The notes below the pieces were generated by a model, which was given only the letters and a program-made list of their open reading frames with translations, was not told the DNA's origin and did not search any database. The position numbers and the translations under genes are program-made. DNA of 64,000 nucleotides from contig CAVWUU010000001.1 of NCBI GenBank assembly GCA_963758295.1, forward strand, positions 544,001-608,000, written 5' to 3'. The stretch comes from Candidatus Eremiobacteria bacterium. GTDB taxonomy: Bacteria; Vulcanimicrobiota; Vulcanimicrobiia; Vulcanimicrobiales; Vulcanimicrobiaceae. Shown in pieces: positions 41,206 through 51,738 of this stretch (position 1 is its first letter; every line of letters begins with the position of its first letter).

Positions 41206-41963
41206 AAAGTCTCGCAGTCGTAACAGGTGCTTCCGGCGGCCTTGGTTATGAGTTTGCGAAACTGCTGGCGGCAGATGGATACGACCTGGTCTTAGTCGCT
41301 CGTTCCGAAGACAAACTCGAATCGAATGCGCGCCAATTGCGGACGCAGTATGGCGTCGATGTGCGAACGATTGCGATGGACTTGGGCGTACCGGATGCGG
41401 CGTCGAAACTCTTCGCCGAGATTCCGCTGTGCGACGCATTAATCAACAACGCCGGATTTGCGAGCAATGGCCGGTTCAACGAACTGCCGGAGGCGCGCAT
41501 CCGGGAAGAGCTGCTGCTCGACGTCGTCACGCTGACGGAACTAACGCGCAAGTATCTCCCAGGGATGCTCGCGCGAAATCAGGGTCGCATCCTGACGGTC
41601 GCGTCGACCGCGGCATTTCTACCGGGCCCGTTCATGGCGGTGTATTACGCCGCGAAAGCCTACGTGCTTTCGTTCTCGGAGGCGCTCGCGGAAGAACTTC
41701 GTGGAAGCGGCGTCAGCGTAACGTGTCTCTGTCCGGGCGCGACGGCGACGGGTTTTCAAAATCGCGCGAACGTGCACGGCACGTTGCTGATGCGTTTACC
41801 TCTCGGTGATGCAACGAGCGTCGCGCGTGCGGGCTATCGGGGCCTGCTTCGCGGCAAAGCCGTCGTAGTGCCGGGAATCATCAATAAAATCGTCGCGCTT
41901 TCACCGAAGGTGACGCCGCGACGATTGCTGCTTTGGATGTCTAGAAAAGCGGTCGAACGGTAG
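41202..41963 (+). CDS. Short-chain dehydrogenase/reductase
   Basis: TGASGGLG, NNAG, YYAAK, CPG. Confidence 0.92.
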   Translation: MKSLAVVTGASGGLGYEFAKLLAADGYDLVLVARSEDKLESNARQLRTQYGVDVRTIAMDLGVPDAASKLFAEIPLCDALINNAGFASNGRFNELPEARIREELLLDVVTLTELTRKYLPGMLARNQGRILTVASTAAFLPGPFMAVYYAAKAYVLSFSEALAEELRGSGVSVTCLCPGATATGFQNRANVHGTLLMRLPLGDATSVARAGYRGLLRGKAVVVPGIINKIVALSPKVTPRRLLLWMSRKAVER

Positions 41964-41971
41964 CGAACGCG

Positions 41972-43168
41972 CTACAAGGAAGCGACGGCCTTCAGGCCGC
42001 CCAGCGCCATATCGTCCTGCGCGGGAATCGTATGCACGTTGGCGATCTGCGCGATCAACGCCGCGATTCGCCGGGAACTGCGAACCGGTGCGACGATCTC
42101 CTGATTGTTCCTGATCTGTTCTAAGCGATCGGGCGTGCGAATCATGTTGCGTACCGCTTGAACGACTTCGGCGGCGCCGTGCAATGCGACGGCGCCCAGG
42201 CCGTTATGCCGGACGAAGTCGACGTTGCCGCGTTCTTGGCCCGGCACGTAATCGTATACGACCACCGGAAGTTTTGCGGCGTTGGCTTCAGCAAGCGATC
42301 CGGGGCCGGCTTTGGTAACAAGCAAGTCGACGGCCCGGAAATACTCCGGAATCTTATCGGTAAAGCCCAGAACCGTCATCGGGGTAGGCAGCGTGCTTGC
42401 CATTTGCTCGAGCCTCTCGCGTAACGGTTCGTTGCGGCCGCAAACGACGAGCAGATGAATCGGCAAACGAGACTTAGCTAAGGCGAGCGTCGTGGGCAGA
42501 AGTTTTCCTCCGCCTTCGCCACCCGCCATAAGCATGACGATGAGCTTATCGTTCGGTAGGTTCAGATGCGCGCGCAGCTCTGCTTTCGTCCCGACTACGT
42601 CGTCGAATTTCGGATGGATCGGCTGGCCGAGCAAACGCAGGCGTGACGGCGAGATGCCGCGGGAAAGGGCGCGCTCGTACACTTCTCGAGCCGGGACGAC
42701 TACGGCATCAGCTTCGGGCGTTAGCCACGATTCGTGAACTTTGCCGAGATCGGTGATGACGGTGACGATTGGAATCGACTGCATGTGCGCGTCGGCACGG
42801 GCACGCAACGCGGCATGGTTGAGCAATGGGTGCACCGAGACGATGACATCGGGCTTATAAGTCAGGAAGAGGTCGCGCAGGCGCTCGCGGTAGAGCGGCT
42901 CGCAAAAACGGACCAGCGCGCGATACCGGCGCCGGCCATTGGTTGCATAATAGAGAGCGCCGTACACCGGAGGCGCATATCGCAGCGCCATACTGTAGCC
43001 CAGACCGAGCTGGGTCAGCGGAAAGGAACAGTGGGCGGCTACGTCCTCGATGCGGTGTTCGAACGCAAACGGCTCCTTGATCTCGTCCAGCGCTGCGGTT
43101 ATCGCATTCGCTGCGCTTCTATGCCCGCCGCCGGTATCCGAGATCAAAAAGAGTGCCCGTTTGGTCAT
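41972..43168 (-). CDS. MGDG-synthase/UgtP-like diacylglycerol glycosyltransferase (GT28)
   Basis: SDTGGGHRSAA, VSVHPLLNH, TVITD, GGEG, CGRN, TKAGPG, PGQERGN. Confidence 0.9.
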   Translation of the reverse strand: MTKRALFLISDTGGGHRSAANAITAALDEIKEPFAFEHRIEDVAAHCSFPLTQLGLGYSMALRYAPPVYGALYYATNGRRRYRALVRFCEPLYRERLRDLFLTYKPDVIVSVHPLLNHAALRARADAHMQSIPIVTVITDLGKVHESWLTPEADAVVVPAREVYERALSRGISPSRLRLLGQPIHPKFDDVVGTKAELRAHLNLPNDKLIVMLMAGGEGGGKLLPTTLALAKSRLPIHLLVVCGRNEPLRERLEQMASTLPTPMTVLGFTDKIPEYFRAVDLLVTKAGPGSLAEANAAKLPVVVYDYVPGQERGNVDFVRHNGLGAVALHGAAEVVQAVRNMIRTPDRLEQIRNNQEIVAPVRSSRRIAALIAQIANVHTIPAQDDMALGGLKAVASL

Positions 43169-43181
43169 TCAGTCTCCGTCG

Positions 43182-43709
43182 TTAAGCTCGCGCCGGCGCC
43201 CGTTTCGCTCGTCTCAGCGCCGCGTTGCGATAGCGGCGGCTGGTTGGAGCGAGTTTGGCAATTAAAGCGCGGGCAGGCGCGTCGTAAAAGCGAAAGATGT
43301 CGCCAAACTCGATATCGGGGTTTCGGTGGTGGCCGTCGTGGTCCTCGGGCAGCACGATTTGCAGCGGCCGGGCGATTGCATGCAGCCATGCCGGCGTGCG
43401 CCATCCGATTTCTGTCGTATGGCGCCACCACACGTGAAGTTGGCCAAGAACGAGGCCGATGAGCGCTCCGGGCCAAGAAATCGGCCAAACGAGCGCGGCG
43501 ATCGCCAGATAAGGAACGGCGCCAAGAAATCCGTCGAGCAAAACTTCGGGGCTGCGCGAAAGTACGGCGTGGTCCCAATACGAGCGTCTGCGATCGTGAT
43601 GGGTGCGCAAATGGAGCGTGAACCAAAGATGTTGCGGCACGTGATAGAAAAACGTCGAAGCAAAATCGCCTACTATAAGTACGATCAGCGTTGCTGCCAC
43701 TAGTGCCAT
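43182..43709 (-). CDS. Fatty-acid hydroxylase/sterol desaturase family protein
   Basis: His boxes HVPQH, HLRTHH, HVWWRH, HDGHH with TM segments. Confidence 0.8.
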   Translation of the reverse strand: MALVAATLIVLIVGDFASTFFYHVPQHLWFTLHLRTHHDRRRSYWDHAVLSRSPEVLLDGFLGAVPYLAIAALVWPISWPGALIGLVLGQLHVWWRHTTEIGWRTPAWLHAIARPLQIVLPEDHDGHHRNPDIEFGDIFRFYDAPARALIAKLAPTSRRYRNAALRRAKRAPARA

Positions 43710-44434
43710 CGATACGGGTCCCTCATCTGAAATCTTTTGCCGTCGCTTGCGCTGCTGCACTCTTGTGCGGCTGCACTTCATCTACCTTTGACCGAATGCG
43801 CACCGGATATGTTTCACAGCCGCGGCTCGATCGTGCCCTTAACACCGCGTTAAGCTGGCCTTCTCCGTCGCACGTTGATGCGCTCTTGGGAGCGCGTCTG
43901 TTGCAGGACGGAACGCGGGTATCTTACCCGGAAATCGCCATCGCTCGCGCCATTATGCGAACCAATCCTCGCATCAACGCAATGGGGGCGCTGATGCTCG
44001 CCGATGCAACCGCGCGCGAGGCAAGGGCTGCCCGCCTGCCCCCGGAGTTTTTAGGCGCAACGCTCTTGCAAGAGTCCGCTTACGATCCGCGTGCGCTCTC
44101 GTCGGCGGGGGCGGTTGGAATCGCGCAGTTCGAGTTGGAGACAGCGGCCGAAAGCGGCGTAAATCCGTACGATCCGTTCGATGCGATCGCGGGCGCCTCT
44201 CGATTGCTGGGGGGCTATGTCGAACGGTATCGGGGCCGGTACGCGGACGCGTATGCCGCTGCGCTTGCTGCCTATAATGCGGGCCCCGGCGCGGTAGCAC
44301 GCTATCGCGGGGTTCCTCCGTATGCCGAAACGAGAGCATACATTTCAGATATCTACGAGCGGTGGGGACGGATCGCTTCCTACGAGCGCTTGGTAGCGGA
44401 TTTTCCGCATCACAAGTTGAAGGCGCGCAAATGA
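43691..44434 (+). CDS. Lytic transglycosylase (SLT domain), probably lipoprotein; true start probably about 43727
   Basis: LQESAY, SSAGAVGIAQF, AYNAGPG, PPYAETRAY; ALLCGC lipobox. Confidence 0.88.
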   Translation: MLPLVPSIRVPHLKSFAVACAAALLCGCTSSTFDRMRTGYVSQPRLDRALNTALSWPSPSHVDALLGARLLQDGTRVSYPEIAIARAIMRTNPRINAMGALMLADATAREARAARLPPEFLGATLLQESAYDPRALSSAGAVGIAQFELETAAESGVNPYDPFDAIAGASRLLGGYVERYRGRYADAYAAALAAYNAGPGAVARYRGVPPYAETRAYISDIYERWGRIASYERLVADFPHHKLKARK

Positions 44435-44919
44435 TTCGTCCATTGCCGTTGGCTGCTGCTGTTTTGGCCGTCGCTCTTGCCGCATGCGGCAGCGTGACCG
44501 ACTCCGTGAAGTTCAACGTTCCGCCGCGGTACGAAAGCCGGGCGTCTTTGGGCCCCTTCATGCAAATTTGGGAGACGCCGGACAAGAAAAGCATGATGAT
44601 GCTGATGGCGTTTCCCGGGCAAGCGGATGTCAATAAGGCGATGAGCGATGCGAAGATCGACAACAGCAAAGTCAAGAAGCACGAACGCATCACGATCTGC
44701 GGAAATCAGCAGGCCGACTTCGTTCAAGCCGAAGGCGCGACCGGAACGAACGTAAAACTCGGCATGGGCGCCGGCGAAACCACGAAGAGCAATAGCAATA
44801 TCGATATGCTCGTGACCAGGGCAAACGGCAAAACGTATTTCGCGATGTATGCGTGGCCGTTGCGCGATGCCGCCGACCCGCAAGCTGAGGCCGCCGTGCG
44901 CGGCGTCTGCTCGAAATAG
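44431..44919 (+). CDS. Putative lipoprotein
   Basis: ATGA overlap; MIRPLPLAAAVLAVALAAC lipobox. Confidence 0.75.
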   Translation: MIRPLPLAAAVLAVALAACGSVTDSVKFNVPPRYESRASLGPFMQIWETPDKKSMMMLMAFPGQADVNKAMSDAKIDNSKVKKHERITICGNQQADFVQAEGATGTNVKLGMGAGETTKSNSNIDMLVTRANGKTYFAMYAWPLRDAADPQAEAAVRGVCSK

Positions 44920-44927
44920 GCCGGACG

Positions 44928-46328
44928 TTGGCGTCGATTCTTCGCCAACTTTTCGCAAGACAACCACTTACTTGGAGCCAGCCGGACGACGATCAGCCGA
45001 AGCTGAGACGCGCGCTCGGATGGCCCGCGCTTACCGCCATCGGTCTCGGCACGATGCTTGGCGGAATCTTTCCTACAATTGGCGCCGGCGCGCACGCGGC
45101 CGGCCCGGCGGTCATTCTCGCGTACATCCTTTCCGGACTCGTGAGCGTCTGCGTCGCGCTGTGCTATGCCGAATTCGCTTCGATGGTGCCGGTGGCCGGA
45201 AGCGCGTACACCTATGCGTATGCGACACTTGGCGAACTTGTCGCATGGGTCATCGGCTGGGACTTGATTTTGGAATACGGGCTGTCTGTTGCACCGACGG
45301 CTTCGTCTTGGTCCGATTATTTTCAACATCTTTTGGGCAATATCGGCATCCATCTTCCGGCGTGGGCGCAAACCGCGGCACCGCTTGCGGCGCATCCGCA
45401 GATCGACGTGCCGGCCGCGCTCGTTACGCTCGCAATCACGGCGCTTGTCGCAATCGGAATTCGCGAGTCCGCAAGCGTCAACGGCGTTCTCGTCGTGGTG
45501 CAGATCGTCGCGATGCTCGTGTTTATTGCGGTCGTCGCGCACGCGGTTAAGCCGCAGTTCTTGCATCCCTTCGCGCCGTTCGGGTGGCACGGAGTAGTCG
45601 CGAGTAGCGCGCTCGTGTTTTTTGCCTACATCGGTTTCGATACGGTAACCGTAGCTTCGGAAGAAGCGCACAAACCCGAACGCGACGTTCCAATCGGAAT
45701 CATTCTTGCGCTTGTGATCGGCGGAATTCTCTATATCGCGCTTACTCTATGCAGCGTCGGCGTATTGCCGTTCGCGCAACTCTCCGAGGGCGCGGCGATG
45801 CTCGATGCGTACAACGCGGTTTCGAAGAACCAACTGATTTACTGGATCATCGCGTTCGGCGGTATCGCCGGCAACACGACGGTTATGCTTACGTCGCTGC
45901 TCGGGCAGATTCGCATCTTCTACGTGATGGCGCGCGACCGGCTGTTGCCTCCAGGCGTCGCTCGCGTGCATCCCGTGCTGCGAACGCCGGCGCGAATGAC
46001 GTTCATCACTGGTTGCATAGTGGCCGTTTTTGCCGCGATCTTTCCGCTTTCCGATCTGCTCACGCTCGTCAACATCGGCACGCTTGCCGCTTTTGCCATC
46101 GTCTGTCTTGGCGTGCTCGTGTTGCGGTATGCCGCTCCGGAGGCGCCCCGTCCGTTCCGCGCGCCGCTGCTGCCGTTTTTCTCAGTAGCGGGCACGATCG
46201 TATGCTTCTATTTGATCTCGGGCCTTCAGGTGGCAACCTGGGTCCGTTACGGGATATGGTTCGCCGTGGGAATTTTGATCTACGCTTTCTATGGGTTCCA
46301 TCGGTCCCGGGTGAAACCGCGCGATTAA
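44928..46328 (+). CDS. APC family amino-acid permease
   Basis: GTMLGGIF, AGSAYTYAY, GWDLILEY, FFAYIGFD, MARDRLLP. Confidence 0.92.
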   Translation: MASILRQLFARQPLTWSQPDDDQPKLRRALGWPALTAIGLGTMLGGIFPTIGAGAHAAGPAVILAYILSGLVSVCVALCYAEFASMVPVAGSAYTYAYATLGELVAWVIGWDLILEYGLSVAPTASSWSDYFQHLLGNIGIHLPAWAQTAAPLAAHPQIDVPAALVTLAITALVAIGIRESASVNGVLVVVQIVAMLVFIAVVAHAVKPQFLHPFAPFGWHGVVASSALVFFAYIGFDTVTVASEEAHKPERDVPIGIILALVIGGILYIALTLCSVGVLPFAQLSEGAAMLDAYNAVSKNQLIYWIIAFGGIAGNTTVMLTSLLGQIRIFYVMARDRLLPPGVARVHPVLRTPARMTFITGCIVAVFAAIFPLSDLLTLVNIGTLAAFAIVCLGVLVLRYAAPEAPRPFRAPLLPFFSVAGTIVCFYLISGLQVATWVRYGIWFAVGILIYAFYGFHRSRVKPRD

Positions 46329-46369
46329 ACCCGGCGTTGGGGGTATAACGGCCTCACTACGGAGGAAGC

Positions 46370-47374
46370 ATGCACCAGCCGACTACATCCCTGTCCCAAC
46401 GTCTAAAATTCGTGGAGCTGCCTCAGGCGGTCGCTTCCAGCAGCTTTGCAGATGACGTTGCCAACGGGCTTACGAGTGAGTCGAAGCGCCTGCATTCAAA
46501 ATACTTCTACGACGATCTAGGCTCCGCGCTTTTCGACGCCATCACAAAGGTGCCCGAATACTACCTAACGCGGGCGGAAACGCAAATCCTCAAGGATTGG
46601 GGATGGGAAATGGTTCGCGTCCTCGAGGAGCCGGTCGAGTTTCTGGAATTAGGCAGTGGAAGCGCCACGAAGACGCGCATTTTGATCGAAGAAGCTCTTC
46701 GGGTGCAAACGACGTTGCGGTATAATCCCATCGAAATTTCGATGGACGCGCTTCGCTCATCGTCGAGTTCGCTCGTGGATGCATATCCCGGGCTTTTCGT
46801 GCGTGGTTTCCACGGTGATTACTTCACCGTCCTCAAATCCGGCGTAGCCCAATTCGACCGCCGCGTGCTGGCAATGTTGATGGGTTCAAACATCGGCAAT
46901 TATCAGCCGGAAGAAGCGAAGGGGCTGCTGGCGCTTCTCGCGGGCGCGCTGCGTCCGGGCGACGGCCTTTTGCTTGGAACGGACTGGAAGAAAGACCGCG
47001 AGACGCTGGAGCTTGCATACAACGATCCAACCGGCGTGACGGCGGCTTTTGATAAGAACGTGCTCGCGCGCATCAATCGCGAACTCGGCGGAAATTTCGA
47101 CCTCTCCGCGTTCGAGCATATAGCGCGCTACGATGAAGCGCGCGGCGCAATTGACTCCTTCCTGCGCGCAAAAACTGCGCAGGCCGTTACGATTGAGGCG
47201 CTCGGCCTTTCGGTTTGGTTCGAACAAGACGAAGAGATTCATACGGAATCCTCGTACAAGTTCGATGAAGAGCGGGTAGGTGAGCTCGCGCGGGCTACGG
47301 GCTTCGCGCACCGGAAGACCTGGTACGATCGCGGACGCCGGTTCGGCGTGTCGCTGCTCGTCCGCGAAGGGTAG
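46370..47374 (+). CDS. egtD: L-histidine N-alpha-methyltransferase
   Basis: GGAGG RBS; KYFYDD.GS.LFDAIT..PEYYLTRAE, ELGSGS, GSNIGN, AYND..GVTAAF, IHTESSYKF. Confidence 0.88.
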   Translation: MHQPTTSLSQRLKFVELPQAVASSSFADDVANGLTSESKRLHSKYFYDDLGSALFDAITKVPEYYLTRAETQILKDWGWEMVRVLEEPVEFLELGSGSATKTRILIEEALRVQTTLRYNPIEISMDALRSSSSSLVDAYPGLFVRGFHGDYFTVLKSGVAQFDRRVLAMLMGSNIGNYQPEEAKGLLALLAGALRPGDGLLLGTDWKKDRETLELAYNDPTGVTAAFDKNVLARINRELGGNFDLSAFEHIARYDEARGAIDSFLRAKTAQAVTIEALGLSVWFEQDEEIHTESSYKFDEERVGELARATGFAHRKTWYDRGRRFGVSLLVREG

Positions 47375-47400
47375 CAGGCCCGGCGCGCGAAGGGCGCGCC

Positions 47401-49470
47401 ATGAACACGTTTCGTTGGTGCGCTGCCGCGCTTGCGATCGCAGCGCTGATTTGTGCGACTCCCGCGGCGGCGCAGCCGCGGCCCGTTGCGGCGGAAGACC
47501 TTTTCAAGATCGCGTTTCTCGAGAACGCTCAGATCTCGCCCGACGGCAAGCACGTGGCCGTGGTGCGCACGCGCATGAATGGGCCGAAGAACACCTACGA
47601 AAGTACGGTGTTGCTCGTCGACGTTGCAAACGGCGTGACCACCGATATCACGCGCGGGAAGCACGATGGGGACACGGCCTGGGCGCCGGATTCCAAGTTC
47701 CTATATTTCGTTCGCCCCGATAAGAAGAAGCGTCCGCAAATCTTTCGGTACACGTTGAACGGCGGCAAGATCACGCAATTGACCTCGGTCAAAGACGGCG
47801 CGAGCGGCCCGGTTCCTTCGCATGACGGACGACGGATAGCCTTTACCGTTACGCAAACCGATGCGGCGCACGCAACGTACGTAGACTTTGCAAAGGCCGG
47901 ATTCAAGCCCGGTAAGGACGAGCAGAAGACGGATATTCGCACGATCGACACGATGGGCTTCGAAGTCAACGGGGCCGGCTTCGTGTACGACAAACACGCG
48001 CATATCTGGGTCGTGAATTCCGGCGGCGGCGGTGCACGCGCCCTGACGTCGGGAAAGTACTCTGAAAATCTGGCCGGCTGGTCGTATGACGATGCAACGC
48101 TCGTGTTCAATTCGACGCGGTACGATCCGGTCGACTCCGGTCCCACCGACGTCTACACCATGCCGTCTTCGGGCGGAGCAATGCACAAGCTTGCGTCCGA
48201 TCAACCCGTAAACTTCGCGTTTTTTGTTTCGCGTAAAAGCGACCGGCTATGGTATGGTGCGGCCGGCGTGGATGATCCCGGAGCTTACCCCGCGATTCGT
48301 AGCGCAAAATTCGACGGTTCCGATATGCGCGAAGTAGTCGCCAAGAACACCGTTTCTTTCGGTGATGCGTTGCTCGCCGATATGAAAGAAGGCGGCGGCG
48401 GATGCGGCGACCTTCTGCCCGACGAAAGAACCGCGGTAGCCAATGTGGACGGACCGGGTTACTCGAATCTACGCCGCGTCGATTTGCAAAACGGATCGGT
48501 GGCCGACCTTACGCCTGCACGCGGAGAAGCTTGGTCTTGTTCGCTATCGCGCGACGGCAAAACCGTTGCATACCTCTATAGCGATTTCACGCATCCCGGT
48601 GAAGTCTACGTCGCCGATACGGCGACCGGAACGCCGCGGCGGCTAACGCATGCGAACGACGCGTATTTGAATGGCGTGACGCTGTCGAAGCCGCAACCTT
48701 TTTCGGTGAAAGACTCTGCCGGCTTTACCGTGCAAGCATGGTTCATGCCGGCCGCCGGCGCGGCAGGAACGAAGCATCCGACGATTCTCGATATTCACGG
48801 CGGTCCGCAAACGCAATTTGGGGATACCTTCTTCCATGAATTCCAGATGTGGGCGTCGCTCGGCTATAACGTCGTGTTCGTCGACCCGCGCGGCAGCGTC
48901 GGCTTCGGGCATGCCTTCGAAGCGGCGTTGAATAAAGACTGGGGCAACGCGATGTTCGAAGACGAGCAGCTTGCGATGGACGAGGCGGCAAAGCGTCCGG
49001 AGGTCGATTCGTCGCGTCTAGGTGAAACGGGCGGCTCGTACGGCGGATATGCTACGCTTTGGGTCGTGTCGCACACCGACCGCTTCAAAACGGCAATTGC
49101 CGAACGCGTGGTAAGCGACTTACAAAGCGAATCGTTCGGGGCGGACTTCGCTTCGAAGAACGGTCTAGGCGGTTTCTATCAGTGGGGCGAGCCGTGGGAT
49201 CCCAAAAGCCTTTATGGACCGATGTCCCCGATAACCTACGTGAACGACGTGCATACGCCGTTGATGATTCTGCACTCCGACGATGATACGCGTACGCCGG
49301 TCGACAACACCGTGCAAGAGTACAACCTCTTGAAGATCCTCGGCCGAACCGTCACGTACGTTGACGTGCCGAACGAGACGCACGACCTAAACCGGACGGG
49401 CTCACCTATCCACCGCGTCGAGCGGTTGCACATCATGGCGGATTGGTTCGCGAAGTACCTTCACCCGTAG
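47401..49470 (+). CDS. Secreted S9 family (acylaminoacyl/dipeptidyl) peptidase
   Basis: Signal peptide, beta-propeller, IHGGP, GGSYGG nucleophile, catalytic D and H (HSDDDTR, ETHDL). Confidence 0.92.
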   Translation: MNTFRWCAAALAIAALICATPAAAQPRPVAAEDLFKIAFLENAQISPDGKHVAVVRTRMNGPKNTYESTVLLVDVANGVTTDITRGKHDGDTAWAPDSKFLYFVRPDKKKRPQIFRYTLNGGKITQLTSVKDGASGPVPSHDGRRIAFTVTQTDAAHATYVDFAKAGFKPGKDEQKTDIRTIDTMGFEVNGAGFVYDKHAHIWVVNSGGGGARALTSGKYSENLAGWSYDDATLVFNSTRYDPVDSGPTDVYTMPSSGGAMHKLASDQPVNFAFFVSRKSDRLWYGAAGVDDPGAYPAIRSAKFDGSDMREVVAKNTVSFGDALLADMKEGGGGCGDLLPDERTAVANVDGPGYSNLRRVDLQNGSVADLTPARGEAWSCSLSRDGKTVAYLYSDFTHPGEVYVADTATGTPRRLTHANDAYLNGVTLSKPQPFSVKDSAGFTVQAWFMPAAGAAGTKHPTILDIHGGPQTQFGDTFFHEFQMWASLGYNVVFVDPRGSVGFGHAFEAALNKDWGNAMFEDEQLAMDEAAKRPEVDSSRLGETGGSYGGYATLWVVSHTDRFKTAIAERVVSDLQSESFGADFASKNGLGGFYQWGEPWDPKSLYGPMSPITYVNDVHTPLMILHSDDDTRTPVDNTVQEYNLLKILGRTVTYVDVPNETHDLNRTGSPIHRVERLHIMADWFAKYLHP

Positions 49471-50075
49471 CGCAACCGGCGCTGCACTAAGCGAATGAGC
49501 AAATCGACGACGATCGCGAGCGCGGAGGCCGCAACGCTTCCCGTCACGATCTCGTCGTTGTGGTGCAGCGTTAATCCCATAAAAATGAGCGTACCCAGGC
49601 CGCCGGCGCCGATGTAGCCGCCTAGCGTAGCGAGAGCGATCATGGCTACCGCGGCGATGCGAATGCCGCCGGCGATAACGGGCAACGCGAGCGGAAGCTG
49701 AACGCGCAAGAGCGCTTGACGCGGGGACATGCCTATGCCGGTCGCTGCGTCCAACTGTGCGCGATCCACGCCGTCCAGTCCCGCTACGATATTTCGTACG
49801 AGCATGAACTGCGCGTAGGCGACGAGCGCAATGAAAAGCGGCACCGTTCCAAGACCGAAGAGCGCAACGAGAATTGCGAGCAGCGCAAGGCTCGGAATCG
49901 TGTAAATCGCCCCAAGCGTCCCGAGCACGATGGGCGCCTCGCGCGACCGGCGCGAAACCGCAATGCCGACTGGTAAAGCGATGGCGAAGGCCACGGCAAG
50001 CGCGGCTAGCACGATCTGGAGATGCGCGAACGTAAGCTGTGCGACGTGGCCGGGATGCTCCAGCAAATACGTCAC
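49461..50075 (-). CDS. ABC transporter permease (OpuC/ProW-type)
   Basis: YTIPSLALL, DAATGIGMS (EAA loop), VQLPLALPVI, IGAGGLG. Confidence 0.9.
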   Translation of the reverse strand: MTYLLEHPGHVAQLTFAHLQIVLAALAVAFAIALPVGIAVSRRSREAPIVLGTLGAIYTIPSLALLAILVALFGLGTVPLFIALVAYAQFMLVRNIVAGLDGVDRAQLDAATGIGMSPRQALLRVQLPLALPVIAGGIRIAAVAMIALATLGGYIGAGGLGTLIFMGLTLHHNDEIVTGSVAASALAIVVDLLIRLVQRRLRYG

Positions 50076-50854
50076 GCGCGCAGGCCCGCCGCCCGTTCGC
50101 GTATCTTCGCAATCGCTTCATCTCGCGCGAAAAGCTCGCTGACGAACCTTGTTGCCGGCTTCGCGAGAATTTCGATGGGCGTTGCCTCTTGCTCGATGCG
50201 CCCTTCACGCATGACAACGACGCGGTCTCCGAGCAATAGCGCTTCGTCGACGTCATGCGTCACGAAAACCGTTGTCGTCCCGAGCGTTCGCACGATTTCT
50301 GCAAGCTCGTGTTGCAGCTGATGGCGCACGATCGCATCCAGCGCGCCGAAAGGTTCGTCCATGAGCAGCACCCGCGGACGCGCCGCCAGCGCTCGTGCAA
50401 CCCCGACTCGTTGAGCCTCTCCGCCCGAGAGTTCGGCCGGCTTGCGGTTTTTATAGCGCTTCGGCTCGAGGCGGACGAGCGAAAGTATTTCATCGACTCG
50501 GGCGTCGATATCCGTTCGCGGCCATCCCAACAATTGCGGAACGATTGCGACGTTTTGCGCGACCGACATATGCGAAAAGAGGCCGACGGCTTGGATTGCA
50601 TAGCCGATGGTCCGCCGCATTTCGACCGCGTCCGTTTGCGAGATGTCGGTGCCGTCGATCCGAATCGCGCCGCTGTTAATTCGAACGAGCCGGTTGATCG
50701 TTCGCAACAGCGTCGTTTTTCCGCAGCCGGACGGACCAAGCAGCGTGACGACGGTTCCCGCTTCGATCGCGAGCGACACGCCGGAGAGTGCGTCCCGGTC
50801 GCCGTTTGCATATCGAACGGTAACCTCAGAGAGCTCGATCGCCGCACCGCTCAT
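50072..50854 (-). CDS. ABC transporter ATP-binding protein (OpuCA-type, no CBS domains)
   Basis: GPSGCGKTT, LSGGEAQRVG, MDEPFGALD, VTHD. Confidence 0.93.
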   Translation of the reverse strand: MSGAAIELSEVTVRYANGDRDALSGVSLAIEAGTVVTLLGPSGCGKTTLLRTINRLVRINSGAIRIDGTDISQTDAVEMRRTIGYAIQAVGLFSHMSVAQNVAIVPQLLGWPRTDIDARVDEILSLVRLEPKRYKNRKPAELSGGEAQRVGVARALAARPRVLLMDEPFGALDAIVRHQLQHELAEIVRTLGTTTVFVTHDVDEALLLGDRVVVMREGRIEQEATPIEILAKPATRFVSELFARDEAIAKIRERAAGLRA

Positions 50855-51738
50855 CCTATCGATCCTTTCAAGAAGTCGACCGCCACATCGGCGGGGTCGC
50901 GATCGTCGTCTTCGACGGAGGCGTTCATGCGCTGCGCCGCGCCGTTCGTAATTCTCGGCGCAATGCCGTTCAGGATCCGCGCGATGCGCGGTTCACGATG
51001 CAGCGTCGCGATTCGGACGGCCGGTGCGACGTTGTAAGGGGGCCACAAATGCTTGTCGTCTTCCAACACGACGAGGTGCTTCGCGGCGATCGTGCCGTCG
51101 GTCGTGAACGCCGTCGCAACGTCGGCTGCGCCGCTCAATAGAGCGCTATATTTCAACGCGATGTCATATGAACGCACCGAGGCGAACCGGAAGCCGCCGT
51201 AAAGACGCTGCAATCCCGGCAGTCCGTCGGCGCGCGTCTCGAACTCCGGAATGGTAGCGAGCCGCAATTTTGATGCCGCGCGCGCGAGGTCGGACAAGGT
51301 TTGCAAATGATACTCCTGCGCGATCGCCTGCGTCGTCGCAAGGCCTTGCGAGTCGTTCATCGGTGACCGTTCCAGCCATTCGATATCGTATTGCGTTCTA
51401 AAAGCGTCGCGAACGGTCGTATAGATTGCGGCCGGATCGCTCATAGGCGAATGGTGCAACACGTCGATCAGCGCGGTTCCGGTGTACTCCGGATACAAAT
51501 CGATGTCGCCGCGTTCCATAGCGGCGAGCGCGATTTGCGTGGAACCAAGATTTAGCCGCCGTTCCACTGCGACGCCATGCCGCTCCAGCGCTTGGGCGTA
51601 GATTTCAGCAATGACGATCGATTCAGTGAAGTTTTTCGAGCCGACGCGCACGCGCCGGCGGCCGCTGCACTGTGGAAGGACCGCAGCCGAAGCCAGGAGT
51701 GCGAGCGCGCGCCGGCGGCTGAAGGGTGAAACGCTCAT
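50851..51738 (-). CDS. Glycine betaine/choline/ergothioneine-type substrate-binding protein with twin-arginine lipoprotein-like signal
   Basis: SRRRALALL..PQC; VGSKNFTE, IDLYPEYTGT, RADGLPGL..YG, LEDDKH..PPY. Confidence 0.9.
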   Translation of the reverse strand: MSVSPFSRRRALALLASAAVLPQCSGRRRVRVGSKNFTESIVIAEIYAQALERHGVAVERRLNLGSTQIALAAMERGDIDLYPEYTGTALIDVLHHSPMSDPAAIYTTVRDAFRTQYDIEWLERSPMNDSQGLATTQAIAQEYHLQTLSDLARAASKLRLATIPEFETRADGLPGLQRLYGGFRFASVRSYDIALKYSALLSGAADVATAFTTDGTIAAKHLVVLEDDKHLWPPYNVAPAVRIATLHREPRIARILNGIAPRITNGAAQRMNASVEDDDRDPADVAVDFLKGSIG

